64,000 bases of DNA. Source: a virus (lineage: Duplodnaviria > Heunggongvirae > Uroviricota > Caudoviricetes). Both the position numbers and the translations under genes were made by a program. Within the stretch, counting starts at the first letter, position 1. Every line of letters begins with the position of its first letter. The notes beneath the pieces are model-generated. The model was not told the DNA's origin, did no database searches, and worked only from the letters and a program-made list of their open reading frames with translations. Positions 17,896-29,017 of the stretch are shown here, in pieces. The DNA lies in the IMG/VR virus record IMGVR_UViG_3300028653_000011; one strand, written 5' to 3'.

Positions 17896-18109
17896 CCTAA
17901 AACCCGGCGACCTGATCGAGTGGGTGTATGAACCCGAGAATGTGCTCGTGGCCGCCAATGAACAGCTGTGGTCATCGGTGATGAAGGCTTGGGTGTTCAT
18001 TGGCGGTGCTCACTTGCTCATTGCCCGTGCCGAAGGCACCCTGACGTGGTTGCCCCTCAGTGCACTTGACAAGAGGTTGCTCCACGCGCGCGAGGATGAT
18101 ACAGTGTAA
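17879..18109 (+). CDS. MKPGDLIEW-family protein, copy E
   Basis: ends LLHAREDDTV; start codon uncertain. Confidence 0.7.
   Translation: MSTQRDLKPGDLIEWVYEPENVLVAANEQLWSSVMKAWVFIGGAHLLIARAEGTLTWLPLSALDKRLLHAREDDTV
18075..18103 (+). repeat. solitary I-E-like repeat
   Basis: GGTTGCTCCACGCGCGCGAGGATGATACA. Confidence 0.9.
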
Positions 18110-18139
18110 GTCAACACCTAATCGGGGTATGATCTGATC

Positions 18140-19292
18140 ATGGTCGCTAGCAATAGAACAATCACTGACGTCTACCGGGTACTGCAGGTATGGGTGCCCG
18201 ATCACTTGATCCGCGGCGACATGCTCGAAGGCCTGGCCATGGTGACTGGGAACCGCTCATTCACTGAGACCGTCAACAACCTGTTGGAGCTACACAGGAG
18301 TTTGCACCCGACGCCCGGTACGCCGCCCGCATCACCCGAGACCAATGAGATGTGCCCATGATCACTGCCCTACCGCTACCTGGCACCCGCCTCAAGTGCA
18401 CCAGCAACCGCGATCGCCCTGAACTCGTCGAGGGTCAGGAGTACGTCGTGGTGCCAGAGGTCGCCCTCGACAAGATGCCCATCAACTACAAGCGCTTTCA
18501 ACCTGACGACTTTCGGTTGATCGCCGTCGGTCAGGGCAGTCACGCCGTCGGCATCTTTCCCGTCGGCATCTTCGAGGTGGTGCCGTGAATGTGCCCGCAG
18601 ACTACGAGGCGTGCGGTGAGTGCGGCTTTGATCACGGCTATGAACAGACCAGCGCTGCACGTTGGCATGCTAAGGATACGATCACCGTCGCCAACAAGTA
18701 CGTCGACAATGAGAGCATCATGGCGACCAGCGCAGTCGTCGCCCTCGATGACGCACAAGACCTGTTCGACAAGGGCGCGTACCCCGAGGCGGCCAAGCGA
18801 GCATTGACGTCGCTGAGTTACAGCCTGGGCATCTTGTCACCCGTTTACCAGCGGGCGAAGGCAAACCTGGGTTTGTGAGTGGCAGTGTAAGTTCGGTGGT
18901 GACTGTGGTAGAGTTAGATCATGGACACCGCAACAATCATCGGTCTCTCTATCCTCGCCCTCTTCATCATTGGTGGCATGTTCATTTTCGCCTTCGTGGT
19001 GGGCAAAACTTACGACGCAGCGCGGGCACTACCGACGACGCTGGGTCACGGTGCAGGCTCGTTTGCTCGAGCGTACGCCGAGGCGAAGAAGGGCAACAAC
19101 CCGTAAGTGTAAGTCATCACACAACCGTGGTAGAGTTAGATCATGGTGGACATCAGGCAACTGGCGGCTGAATGGCTGCAGGAACACGAGCACTACGAAA
19201 GCGAGCCCACGTATGAACAGGACCTCGCCGACCTAGTGAAGTTGCTAGAGGATGTCCTTGCACGTGCCACGCTGGATGGGATTGGATCATGA
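18140..19292 (+). CDS. run of five small hypothetical ORFs (18140, 18358, 18585, 18921, 19143)
   Basis: three have the conserved promoter 36 nt upstream (18104, 18885, 19107). Confidence 0.6.
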
Positions 19293-20683
19293 CTGACAAA
19301 TCGGTGGTCGACATTCTCGAAGAACTTGAGGCAACGGCGGGTTCGCTTGCCAAACGCGACGTGCTGCACCAGCACAGGCGCAACGAGTTGCTTAAGCAGG
19401 TGTTTGTCGCCGCGGGGGACCCGTACACCGTGTGGTATGTCAGCAAGGTGAAAATGCCCAAATTGGGTGTCCCGTCGCATGACATCTCCGAGGACGAGTT
19501 TGTCAATGACTTCATCAAGACGCTGCGCACGCAGCTGGCCACGCGTAAGGTGACTGGCAACGCGGCGAAGGCGCTGGTCGAGAGCCGCCTCGCCGACATG
19601 CCCAGTGAACTGTGCCAGAAGTGGTGCGTTCGAATTCTCCTCAGGAACCTGCGCGTCGGAGTGCAGGAGAGCACCGTCAACAAGGTGTGGCCGGGCACGC
19701 TGAAGTCCTTCGCCGTCGCTCTGGCCGAGACGCTGAAGAGCGAATTCGTCAAGGGTGAGGGGATCAAGCTCCTCGAGCCAGTGACGTACCCCGTCCGCGT
19801 GGAGCCCAAGCTCGACGGCCTGCGTTGCATCGCCGTCAAGAAGGACGGCGTGGTGACGTGCTACACCCGCAACGGCACCGTCATCGAGAACATGCCGACG
19901 ATCAAGGCGGCGCTCGAAGCGGCGTCATACGACAACGTCGTCCTCGACGGCGAGGGCATGGCGGCCGATTGGAACCAGAGTTCGTCGATCATGATGTCGG
20001 GGCGTGGCTCTGACAAGGGACGGGCCAAGGACGACAGTGGCCTCATCTACAACGTCTTCGACGCGGTGCCTCTCGCCGATTGGGTCGCACAGAAGACAGA
20101 ACTGACGTATGCTGAGCGCTGCAAACTGGTGTATGAGGTTATCCTTGCCTGCACTGAGTTCAAGCAAGGTACAAAGTCACCAGTGTGTCAGGTGCCGCAC
20201 ATCATGGCGCAGGACGAAACAGAGCTCAAGAAGTTCTTCGCCAAGTGCCTTGATGATGGGTTCGAAGGGGTGATGCTTAAGAGCATGGACGCTCCCTACA
20301 AGTGGAAGCGCAGCGACAACATCGTGAAATTAAAGCCCGTGACAACGTTTGAAGGTGTGATCGTCGGTCACTATGAGGGTCGGCGTGGGACGAAGCACGA
20401 AGGTAGATTTGGCGGCTTCAATGTAGTGCTGAGCAACGGCGTCATCACCCGGGTGGGCGGCGGTTTCAACGACAAGGTGCGGGCTGAAGTGCAGCTCGAC
20501 GGAGCCGACGCCTGGGTGGGCAAGATCGTCGAGATCGAAGCACAACCTGACCCGCTGACGACTGACGGGTTGACGAAAGACGGCAAGGCCCGCTTTCCCG
20601 TCTACACCCGGTGCCGCGATGCTTCTGACGTCGATCCCAAGGTGTTGCGGGCCTACGCACAGTGGACACAGGAGAACCCATGA
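19289..20683 (+). CDS. lig: ATP-dependent DNA ligase
   Basis: motif I EPKLDG, VLDGE, FDAV, EGVMLK, KLKP, RFP. Confidence 0.95.
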   Translation: MTDKSVVDILEELEATAGSLAKRDVLHQHRRNELLKQVFVAAGDPYTVWYVSKVKMPKLGVPSHDISEDEFVNDFIKTLRTQLATRKVTGNAAKALVESRLADMPSELCQKWCVRILLRNLRVGVQESTVNKVWPGTLKSFAVALAETLKSEFVKGEGIKLLEPVTYPVRVEPKLDGLRCIAVKKDGVVTCYTRNGTVIENMPTIKAALEAASYDNVVLDGEGMAADWNQSSSIMMSGRGSDKGRAKDDSGLIYNVFDAVPLADWVAQKTELTYAERCKLVYEVILACTEFKQGTKSPVCQVPHIMAQDETELKKFFAKCLDDGFEGVMLKSMDAPYKWKRSDNIVKLKPVTTFEGVIVGHYEGRRGTKHEGRFGGFNVVLSNGVITRVGGGFNDKVRAEVQLDGADAWVGKIVEIEAQPDPLTTDGLTKDGKARFPVYTRCRDASDVDPKVLRAYAQWTQENP

Positions 20684-20827
20684 CCTACCTCACCGATGAG
20701 CAACTCGAGGCACTTCGCAAGTACGTGGGCGAGAGGATGCACTCAACGCTACCAGCGCTCGAGCACATGTTCGCCGCCATCACCGAGCTGCAGGAACGCC
20801 GCAAGAAAGACACACAGGAGAACCCAC

Positions 20828-21049
20828 ATGCCGACCAAAGTTGAAGACCTCAAACAACCTGAACGCCTGCCTGAAGACGGTACCGTCCGCATCGAGCGCA
20901 CGGGCAATGGTGGCTTGATGATCTGCGAAGACGGCACCCACACCGCCGTCATCCTGAGTGAATTCAACGCTTGGCGCGTTTTCGGTATGTTGTCACTGAT
21001 GCTGGGCATTCCGCTACCTGCTAAGGTCAGCAAAGCGATCAAACTGTAG
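20828..21049 (+). CDS. hypothetical protein
   Basis: AGGAG RBS. Confidence 0.6.
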   Translation: MPTKVEDLKQPERLPEDGTVRIERTGNGGLMICEDGTHTAVILSEFNAWRVFGMLSLMLGIPLPAKVSKAIKL

Positions 21050-21055
21050 GCTCAC

Positions 21056-23311
21056 GTGGTCAAGCCCGGTGACTTCGTGCAGATGAACTGCGGCATGATC
21101 GTGTCTGTTTTATTGCCCACTACCTATGGCGAGCCCATACGCGGCGTGTGGCTGATCAATGGTCAACTGCGCAATTACACCATCGGGTACAGTCCTGCAT
21201 TTATGCAGGCCGTCGGCGTGGATGACAGAGGCATCGATAGGCTGAACACTAGCGAACGAGGAGAACTGTTCAGGTGGTGAAGCCCGGTGACTTCGTGGGG
21301 GCAGGCGCCGGCATGATCGTGTCCGTAACAAGACCCGTGTATGATGGCGAGTCCGTTAAGGGCACGTGGTTTGTCAACGGTCAACTGCGACACTATGTCT
21401 TAGCGTACTCTTCCTCGCGCGCTTGGGCGACAGCAGGCGGCGACACCGACGCGCTGTACCTCGACACGTCAGGAGCGCTGCGCAAATGGTGAAGGTATCG
21501 CGCCACGGCACGGCCTACGAAGACCTCACCCATAGGATCTACCCGGGCACGCTAGTCGGCACTTCGTTGGTCATCGCGGTGAAACTTCACACGCCATATA
21601 CGCGGACGACGTGGGTGCTGCTGATGCAGAGCGACAGTTCCCTTCGCAGGTACATGGTCGGCCGCAATACGGCAGGTTCATGGAACCTTAATCACCCGTT
21701 TGACTTCGTCCTCGATGAGCCCGGTGAGTGGTATGACACCAGGTGGGAATTCATCGGTGATGGGGACGAAGCGCAAGGACAGCGATGGCTATGAGGCCGG
21801 CGCCTTCATATCCTCGTGTATTGCTGCGACCTGGCGACATGCTCGACGGCATGTTGGTGGTGTCGGTCGAGGCCAAACCTGTCATCTGGGACTGCATCAC
21901 GGGCACCAGGTTGTGTGTTTGGTCGAATGGGTCGTCAGAGTTCAGGTGCTTTTTTCTCGCCGCGCGCAGACCGACCACCCAGGAACACTTCGATCTTCGT
22001 GCGATATTTCAACCGTCTATCTACGCTTATGACTTCTATTACGTCGACCACCGAGGTAGGTTGACAACGTGGTGATGTGATGGTGAAATACCTCCTCGTC
22101 AAGCCGGGTGATTTACTACACAATTGCCTCGTCGTTCACGTTGACTTTGCGCACGACTACGACATGGGCGTCGACGACAGCGTAATTGTCATCGCACGAG
22201 GAGACTGGCTTCGCGCCGACTGCGTGTACCCGTTCGTGCTGACCCGCCACCATATCATCGGTTGCCAGTGGTTTTCATGCCGCGAGCTGCAGAAAGTGCT
22301 GGGACTGTGAAGCATCTCCTCAAACCGGGCGACTTGATCGAAGGTCACCTAGTGGTGTCCGTAAACGTTGGGGATCGCTCCTACGCCGTCACCGGGACGT
22401 ACTGGTGTGAGCGTGAGGTGAGGGCGTTTGTCGTGCTGGCAGAGGGCACACATCTGTCAGTCTTGCCGGCTGACGACAACGTCGATGTGATGTCGAGGAT
22501 AATGGCGGGCGCCGACGTGTTCTATGAGGAGATGCTACCGTGAAGCACCGCCTCATCAAGCCGGGTGATTTACTACACAATTGCCTCGTCATCAGCGTGT
22601 ACGAACCGCTCGGCGTCGGCACCAACGTGGTGGTGCAGGGTAGGTGGCTGCGTCAGGGACGCGTTGCGGGGTTTGAGATCAGTACGATTCACATCAGCGG
22701 GTGTCACTGGTGCCAATACGCGGGCTTAGGTAGTAGGAAGCGTGGAATGTTGTGAGCGTTCACACGTTGCAACCCGGTCACATGTTTGAGTGCGGCACGC
22801 ATCGTTTGCATGCCGGCGCATTGATCGTCAGTGTCTCCCACCATTCATCACCTGATCGGGTTGTTGGCACGTGGTTGATGGACGGGCGTCTACACAATTT
22901 CTATGCAGTCCACATGGATGATTTCCATGTATCGTGGTCGAGCCTGACGCTCGGACAACCATGCAGCATCGATTGCGACTTGGTGGGCATCGACGACGAG
23001 GATGTGATCGTGAAGTGGGTGTGGCAGTCACCTTAGGTGAAGCGATGTCATTTCAACTACAACCCGGTCACATGTTTGCCAGAGCCACGCTGGTGTTGAG
23101 CATTGAGCGGTCACGTCACGACGGGTCGACAACGGGCCCGTACTTGGTCGATGGGCAGGTGCGGAACTTCTGCGTATTCGCGGCGACGGACTTTTACGAG
23201 CGATGGCAGCGGCTGACGCGCGTCGAGAAGTACACTGCACCCCTACGTGTCGACTACTTGGGCATCGACGATGACGGGAACATCACGCGTTGGGCCCTCG
23301 CGCCCGGGTGA
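21056..23311 (+). CDS. tandem run of about nine related small 'KPGD/QPGH' beta-barrel-like ORFs (21056, 21274, 21486, 21791, 22077, 22307, 22540, 22752, 23045)
   Basis: shared (L/V)xPGD + (L/I)V(V/I)SV + G/W motifs; adjacent or overlapping start/stop. Confidence 0.65.
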
Positions 23312-23351
23312 TGAGGTGCAACACCGCCCATGTCTGGCTTAGGATCGGATC

Positions 23352-23648
23352 ATGCGTAACGGGTTCAGGTGGCAGTACTGGATGTTGGCACGTCGGGCCC
23401 CTACAAGCGTCATCGCCGGCACGCTCGCCTGTGCCATCGCAGCAGACGGCATCAACAACGTTGCGAGATCTCGCTCCCCCAGCGGAATGCTGTTCAAGGC
23501 GTTCGGGTGCGTCGTGTGTGCGTTGATCGCTATCTTCTTCTTCAACCACGATTTCCCGCTGATCGGCCTGCTGTTCGCGTGGCCCGCGGTGGGCTGCACG
23601 TACAAGGTGGTGAGGTACTGGAATTCGATTGACGCGAGGCCATTGTAA
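23352..23648 (+). CDS. membrane protein (leaderless)
   Basis: promoter at 23316; hydrophobic helices. Confidence 0.65.
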   Translation: MRNGFRWQYWMLARRAPTSVIAGTLACAIAADGINNVARSRSPSGMLFKAFGCVVCALIAIFFFNHDFPLIGLLFAWPAVGCTYKVVRYWNSIDARPL

Positions 23649-23697
23649 AGTTGTACCAGCGAGGCTTATTTTGGGGTCAAAGGATCGTCACCCCACC

Positions 23698-24663
23698 ATG
23701 CGTTTTCACCACGGCCTCATTGCCTTCACGTCGTCATTCATCACGACGTTCGCCTGCTCACGCGTTCCTGCGCCCACACACACGAGAGAACCCGTCAGCA
23801 TCGAGCGCGATGTGAAGGCCAGCGATCCTGCGCCTGCATGCTCGGACGCAACGTGCACGACGCCAGTCGAGCAGATCCCGTTGGTGCCTGGGCGGTGCCC
23901 GGCCGACATGGTCGAGGTTGACGGTGAGTACTGCCCGAACGAACGCATCGTGTGCCTGTACAACACCGACAGCAATGGCAAACGCTTGCCGGGTAAAGGT
24001 TCGCTGGACAAGGCTTGCGGGGAGTACCAGAACCCGTCGGTTTGCCTCTCCAAGACGCAGCACATGGACTTCTGCATGGATCGCTATGAGTGGCCGAACA
24101 AGGAAGGACAAGTCCCGCAGGATTGGATGACCTACTTCGATGCCAAGAAGGCAACCGCTGCCGTCGGCAAGCGCCTGTGTACTGCGAAGGAGTGGACGCT
24201 GGCCGCCGAGGGCAAGAACATGCACCCGCTGCCTTACGGAGATGGCTATCACCGTGACAAGACCATCTGCAACTTCGATCGCCACTACACCGACATCTAC
24301 GGTCTCCCGGCGTATCAGGCCCTGCACCTGAAGGGCATCGATGTCTTTCATGCCAAGCGTCCCAACGATCCCATGAGCAAGGCCATTCGGCTGTTCTTGG
24401 TGCTGTCGGGTTCTGAACCGGGATGTCACTCCGACTTCGGGGTCTTCGACCTTTCGGGTAACGTCGATGAATTTGTGGTCAACGAAGGTGGTTCAACCTG
24501 CGTCCGCAAGTCGACGGGGAACTGCATCTCGGGTCTCATGGGCGGCCATCAGTGGCACGTGAGGAACGCCAGTCGACCAATGACGACTGCCCATGGCGAG
24601 ACGTTCGGATGGTACGAAACCAGCACACGAGGATGTAAAGACGTCGCCGTTGTGAAAGAGTGA
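23698..24663 (+). CDS. formylglycine-generating enzyme (FGE-sulfatase/SUMF1) domain exported protein
   Basis: CPADMVEV, FCMDRYEWPN, GKRLCTAKEW, FGVFDLSGNVDE. Confidence 0.85.
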   Translation: MRFHHGLIAFTSSFITTFACSRVPAPTHTREPVSIERDVKASDPAPACSDATCTTPVEQIPLVPGRCPADMVEVDGEYCPNERIVCLYNTDSNGKRLPGKGSLDKACGEYQNPSVCLSKTQHMDFCMDRYEWPNKEGQVPQDWMTYFDAKKATAAVGKRLCTAKEWTLAAEGKNMHPLPYGDGYHRDKTICNFDRHYTDIYGLPAYQALHLKGIDVFHAKRPNDPMSKAIRLFLVLSGSEPGCHSDFGVFDLSGNVDEFVVNEGGSTCVRKSTGNCISGLMGGHQWHVRNASRPMTTAHGETFGWYETSTRGCKDVAVVKE

Positions 24664-24696
24664 TGCACGACGTGTTAGACTGATCATAGATACACC

Positions 24697-25059
24697 ATGC
24701 GCCTCATCCGGTTAGTCCACACACATCACAGCCTGTATGTCCACACACGCCCAATATTTCACAAAGCCCTCGAATTGGGTTGCCAGTGGGACACGCTGAC
24801 CACCGGTGGACTTAGCGCCTCACTGCGCTTCAATACCCGGGGCGACCATGCTGGCCTCAAGAGCTGGCTGGAATTGGGAAAGCTGTTGATCGAGTTTTCG
24901 ATCTATGATCACCGGCACTGGAACGTGGCTTCAAAGGCGTGGATGAGCGACCTCGATTACCTACCTCAAGCGGGTGAAGATGAGCTCGACGAGGCCAACG
25001 CCGCGGGGGAAGATGATGAGGCTGATGAAGAGGACGTCGATGACGAAGCAGATGTGTGA
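24697..25059 (+). CDS. hypothetical protein with acidic tail
   Basis: ORF. Confidence 0.6.
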   Translation: MRLIRLVHTHHSLYVHTRPIFHKALELGCQWDTLTTGGLSASLRFNTRGDHAGLKSWLELGKLLIEFSIYDHRHWNVASKAWMSDLDYLPQAGEDELDEANAAGEDDEADEEDVDDEADV

Positions 25060-25298
25060 GTCGTCGCCTTCGTGAACCACTAAAAGTTCCGTCTGTGAGT
25101 GGAGAAAAGCCCAATGTCAACATTCCTGTCAGTCAAATCACCCCCACGGCCAAACGTTCGACCACGTGTACCCAAAGTCGAAAACGATGCAGTCATCAAC
25201 CTCGACGGTGACTGTGACGACGTGACGTTTGCAGATGATGACAACACGCCCATCTATCTTCTTACGCGGAAGCCGACGGCGTTGAGAGGCAGCAACAC

Positions 25299-25580
25299 GT
25301 GAACATCACCGTCTACAAGATCCGCGACACCGCGACGGGCCTATTCTCGACTGGCGGCATCCGCCCGAAGTGGACGAAGTGTGGCAAGACGTGGTCGTCG
25401 GTGGGTTCGGTGAAGTCGCACCTGACGTTGATAACGCAAGGCGACTGGGACTACGACGCCAGGGCCTATGCCCACCACGACATCCCGACCAGTTGGGAAG
25501 TGGTGCCCTTCACCTATCAATCCACCGAGGATAAGCCGTTCTCGGCCGCCGAGCTCGCGGCGCGCCCCGCCAAGAAGTGA
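25299..25580 (+). CDS. conserved phage protein ('YKIR...GLFSTGG..P.W...GKTW')
   Basis: recognisable small phage-protein motif. Confidence 0.7.
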   Translation: MNITVYKIRDTATGLFSTGGIRPKWTKCGKTWSSVGSVKSHLTLITQGDWDYDARAYAHHDIPTSWEVVPFTYQSTEDKPFSAAELAARPAKK

Positions 25581-27239
25581 TGCAGTCAAAGCACGCGTAT
25601 CGCATCGCCACCGCGCTGGGCATCATCGGCCTGACGGTATGGTGGTTGTCACGTGGGCACCATGGGCTCGAGGTCGGCGACATCGTCACCCACGTTGCTG
25701 GCATTCCCGGTGGCGAGGACGCAGTCATTAATGGCACCCATGCACCCGGCGAACAATTCATCGTGGTGAAAACCTCATTCATAGTGCCACTCTCTAGTGG
25801 TGGCCGCAAGTCACAACCTGCCTACGTGAGGGTGCGACAGTTGACAGGTGACAAGGCTGGTATGTTGAGCTGGCGGTTGCGGGCCAACATCAGGAAAATT
25901 CGCCGAGGCTGATATTTACAGGGTGATGACGATGACACGGTACACCGTAAAGGAACAGCACGCGGAACTGTAGTGCACCCTGAGGAGGGGCCTACAATGA
26001 TCGCCACGCATCCTGCAGTACAGTTTAATTGTCGCGACGCTCGTCGTCTCGTCTGCTACGGCTACAAGAGCCGTCGCCAAGACAAGCGCATCGCCAACCG
26101 TCGCCATCGGCGCGCCCTCAATTGCGCCACCCGTCGCATGTGCGCTGACGCTGAGCGGTGGTACGATGAAGGCTTCAACGCTCCGTCGCTGTCGTCGTGG
26201 GAACTTTGTTAGCACCCACAGGTGTAAACCTCTCCAGTTCAAGTGTAGACTTAAGCCATGACGCAAGAAGAGACAGTTCGAACGGTTTCGATGGCCCTCG
26301 TCAACCACGGCGAGACAGTGACAGTGGCAAAGAACGATGTGTCAGCGGGCGAATTCGCCTTCTCGCTGCAACCTCGCTACAACCCGGCGCGGACGGTGCA
26401 GTTCGCGCTGCAACCCGTCGATGCAGAAGCGCTGCACAAGGCGCTGACGGTCTACCTGAAGGGTGCTCGCAAGTCGCAGTGATCACGAAGTGGTCACTGC
26501 GTCGTACCGATCCCGAGGCACTGCGACGTTTGGCTCGCTATTTAAAGCTACAGGACGTTGACAACACCCCACATAGGCTGTTGGCGGCACACGTGTACCG
26601 GGTGTTACGGGCGAAGGAGACTGAGACGATGGAAGAGCGACAGAAAAAGTGCCGTGACTTGCTCGACAGGTTGCCGGGGTACCAGATCAATCTGACCTTC
26701 GTCCCGCTGAACAACGGCACCCCCAACAAGTCGGGTGCCATGGCTGACGTGCAGCCCTACGTCTTGGCGAGGTTGAAGGATCACGCCAACACGCTCGACG
26801 TGACTGAGCGGGCCGATGTGGGCGCGGACGGTGTGGTCGATGTGGTCGATCACGTCATCATCTGTGTCGTCGACAAGGCCGAGAAACTGCTCGCCGAACG
26901 TAGCACCAAGAAGATCGCCGACCTGCACGTGCAGTTGGCGAAGGAAGAGGACAAGGCGAAGCCCTGAGGATGAAAGGAGCGCACATGGCCAACAAGTCAC
27001 CCGCCGCGCAGGAACAACGCGACATCGTCAGCTTCATCGAGTGGTTAGAATACGGCCTCGTCACTTTCAATCATGAGTTCGGTGCGATCGGCGACAAGTC
27101 GATGAAGTTCACCCGTCACGACGGACACACCTACAGCATGCGCCGGGGCAGCAAGGTCATCACTCTAACGTTGAAGGTGACCGACACGTCGGTGCCCTCG
27201 ACTTCTCAAGGGGTTGTCCTACCTCCTCGACGTGTTTGA
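25577..27239 (+). CDS. run of hypothetical ORFs (25577, 25997, 26258, 26479, 26985)
   Basis: RBS or promoter-coupled starts. Confidence 0.55.
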
Positions 27240-27313
27240 GCGTCCTGGGCCATTCGGTGGGCCGTCGGGCGGTACCTAGGCATGCCCGGGAGGACGACAG
27301 GCAAGTGGGGGAC

Positions 27314-27334
27314 AATTACACTCCGGGTATAATT
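27314..27334. promoter_or_regulatory. 21-bp palindromic site, copy 4
   Basis: AATTACACTCCGGGTATAATT. Confidence 0.7.
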
Positions 27335-27378
27335 GCGAGGACAGTGCAAGTCGGCCCTCGACCGTGGTAAGATTGATT

Positions 27379-27557
27379 CAAGTGGTGGCAAAACGCCAGC
27401 GTTGCCAGGCGGTTCCCCGTGGGGTTCGATAATACCCCGCAGGCACGAGAGTAGGGAACCCACCACCTGCCAACGCTTGGTAAGCGGCGAAGCCGTAGTT
27501 TGCCGGGGGACGCCCTGGACACACTGAAGGGGAGTTCGCAACTCCCGCCCGGCACTA
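27379..27557 (+). ncRNA. candidate structured ncRNA
   Basis: conserved promoter at 27343 with no ATG; nested complementary segments. Confidence 0.5.
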
Positions 27558-27595
27558 AAGTGCAAGTTCAACCTCGATCCTGGTAGGATTAGATC

Positions 27596-28246
27596 ATGCC
27601 GATCAAGCAAGTCTACCAAGAGCGCGATGCCAGTGGCGTTGAGCACCCCCGTGAAGAGCTAACCTTCGAGGGTCGGGTCGTCAAGGTACGCACCTACACC
27701 GCCAGTCGCAACCACAGCGACACCCTTGACTACAGCGATTTTCGCAGCACGACGGTCACTGAGGCGCTGGTCTGGGTGGGCCGTGAAGTAGAAGCACTCG
27801 ATTGGGTTCGTGACGTCAAACACACGCAGCCCGTCGAGCCCAAAGATCGCTTCAAGTGGGTCGACTGCACCAACCTCTTCGTCTGGCGCGGGTCACCTGC
27901 AAGGACGCCCAAAGTCGACGTCCTTGCCTTGGCGATCCCGGAGCTGTTCGAGGACCTCGAGGCGTGGTTGAAGATTCAGGCCAATGAAGCGCAGGCGAAG
28001 GAGGCGGCAATTGAGGCCCGACGCGTGGCCCTCGATAAGGCCCGTGCCGACGACGAGCGGAACCGCCCCGTCATCGGCAAGCAGATGGTGGTTGCCAAAG
28101 GCCGCAAGGTCAAAGTCGGCACCGTGGGCACCGTCGCCTTCGTGTCTGACAGTGGACGGGTGTTGTTGAAGGATGACGACAAGTGGCAGGACCGCAAGTC
28201 GGACGGCACCTGGGTCGCGGCGGGAAACCTCAAGGCACGGGCGTGA
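27596..28246 (+). CDS. hypothetical protein with C-terminal KOW/SH3-like domain
   Basis: promoter at 27560; 'VVAKGRKVKVGTVG'. Confidence 0.75.
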   Translation: MPIKQVYQERDASGVEHPREELTFEGRVVKVRTYTASRNHSDTLDYSDFRSTTVTEALVWVGREVEALDWVRDVKHTQPVEPKDRFKWVDCTNLFVWRGSPARTPKVDVLALAIPELFEDLEAWLKIQANEAQAKEAAIEARRVALDKARADDERNRPVIGKQMVVAKGRKVKVGTVGTVAFVSDSGRVLLKDDDKWQDRKSDGTWVAAGNLKARA

Positions 28247-28297
28247 AGTGCAAGTTCGCCTGCGACCGTTCGCCTGCGACCGTGGTAGGATTTGATC

Positions 28298-28978
28298 ATG
28301 ACCAAGCTCACCCCCACCGTCAAGCGCATCATCACCGACGCCGTCCTCTGCGAGGCTCGGTCGCTGCGTGCAGAGGCTGACAGCCTCGAGAAGTGGGTGG
28401 AAGTGGCAAACGACGCCGGCGAGGGGTTCGAGAGTCACTTTCACGCCATGAAGGCGTACGTCCTCGAGTGTGCCACGAGGAGAGGACGGAGGTAATCACC
28501 ATGGGTCTCATCGGCATTGCAGCGATCATGACGGTGTTGTGGCTTGCATTCCCGAAGGGGTTCAAATACTTCGTTGGCAGTTGGGTCGGCGCGGTGGGCG
28601 GGGGCTTCTTCTGGAGCGTGTTCGCCATGTGCTTTGCCGGGCTGATCACCCTGGGTTGGTTCATCGCCTTCATCGTGGTGGGCATCGTGGTTGGGTGCGT
28701 GTTTGCGGCGAGAGGATAGAGGGACAATGGCGACCAAAAAGATCCACAGGTTCACCGACTGCGAGGGTTTCAACAGGTGGACGGACGACGTCGAGCGTGC
28801 CGCCAGGACGACGCAGTCGCTCTACAATGTCACCTGCGGCGCATGCAAGCAGCGCATCGTCAATGCCTTGGTCAAGGCTGACTGGCGTGCATTGAAACCC
28901 GAGACCCTGGCGACGTTGAACAACGAAGTGTTGCCCATGATGTTCTTGCAGGAACACGACGAGGCGACGAAGTCTTGA
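28298..28978 (+). CDS. three small ORFs (28298; 28501 membrane; 28727)
   Basis: promoter or RBS at starts. Confidence 0.6.
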
Positions 28979-29017
28979 GCAGTGCAACTGTGCGTCCCAC
29001 GAAGGTAGGATCAGACC

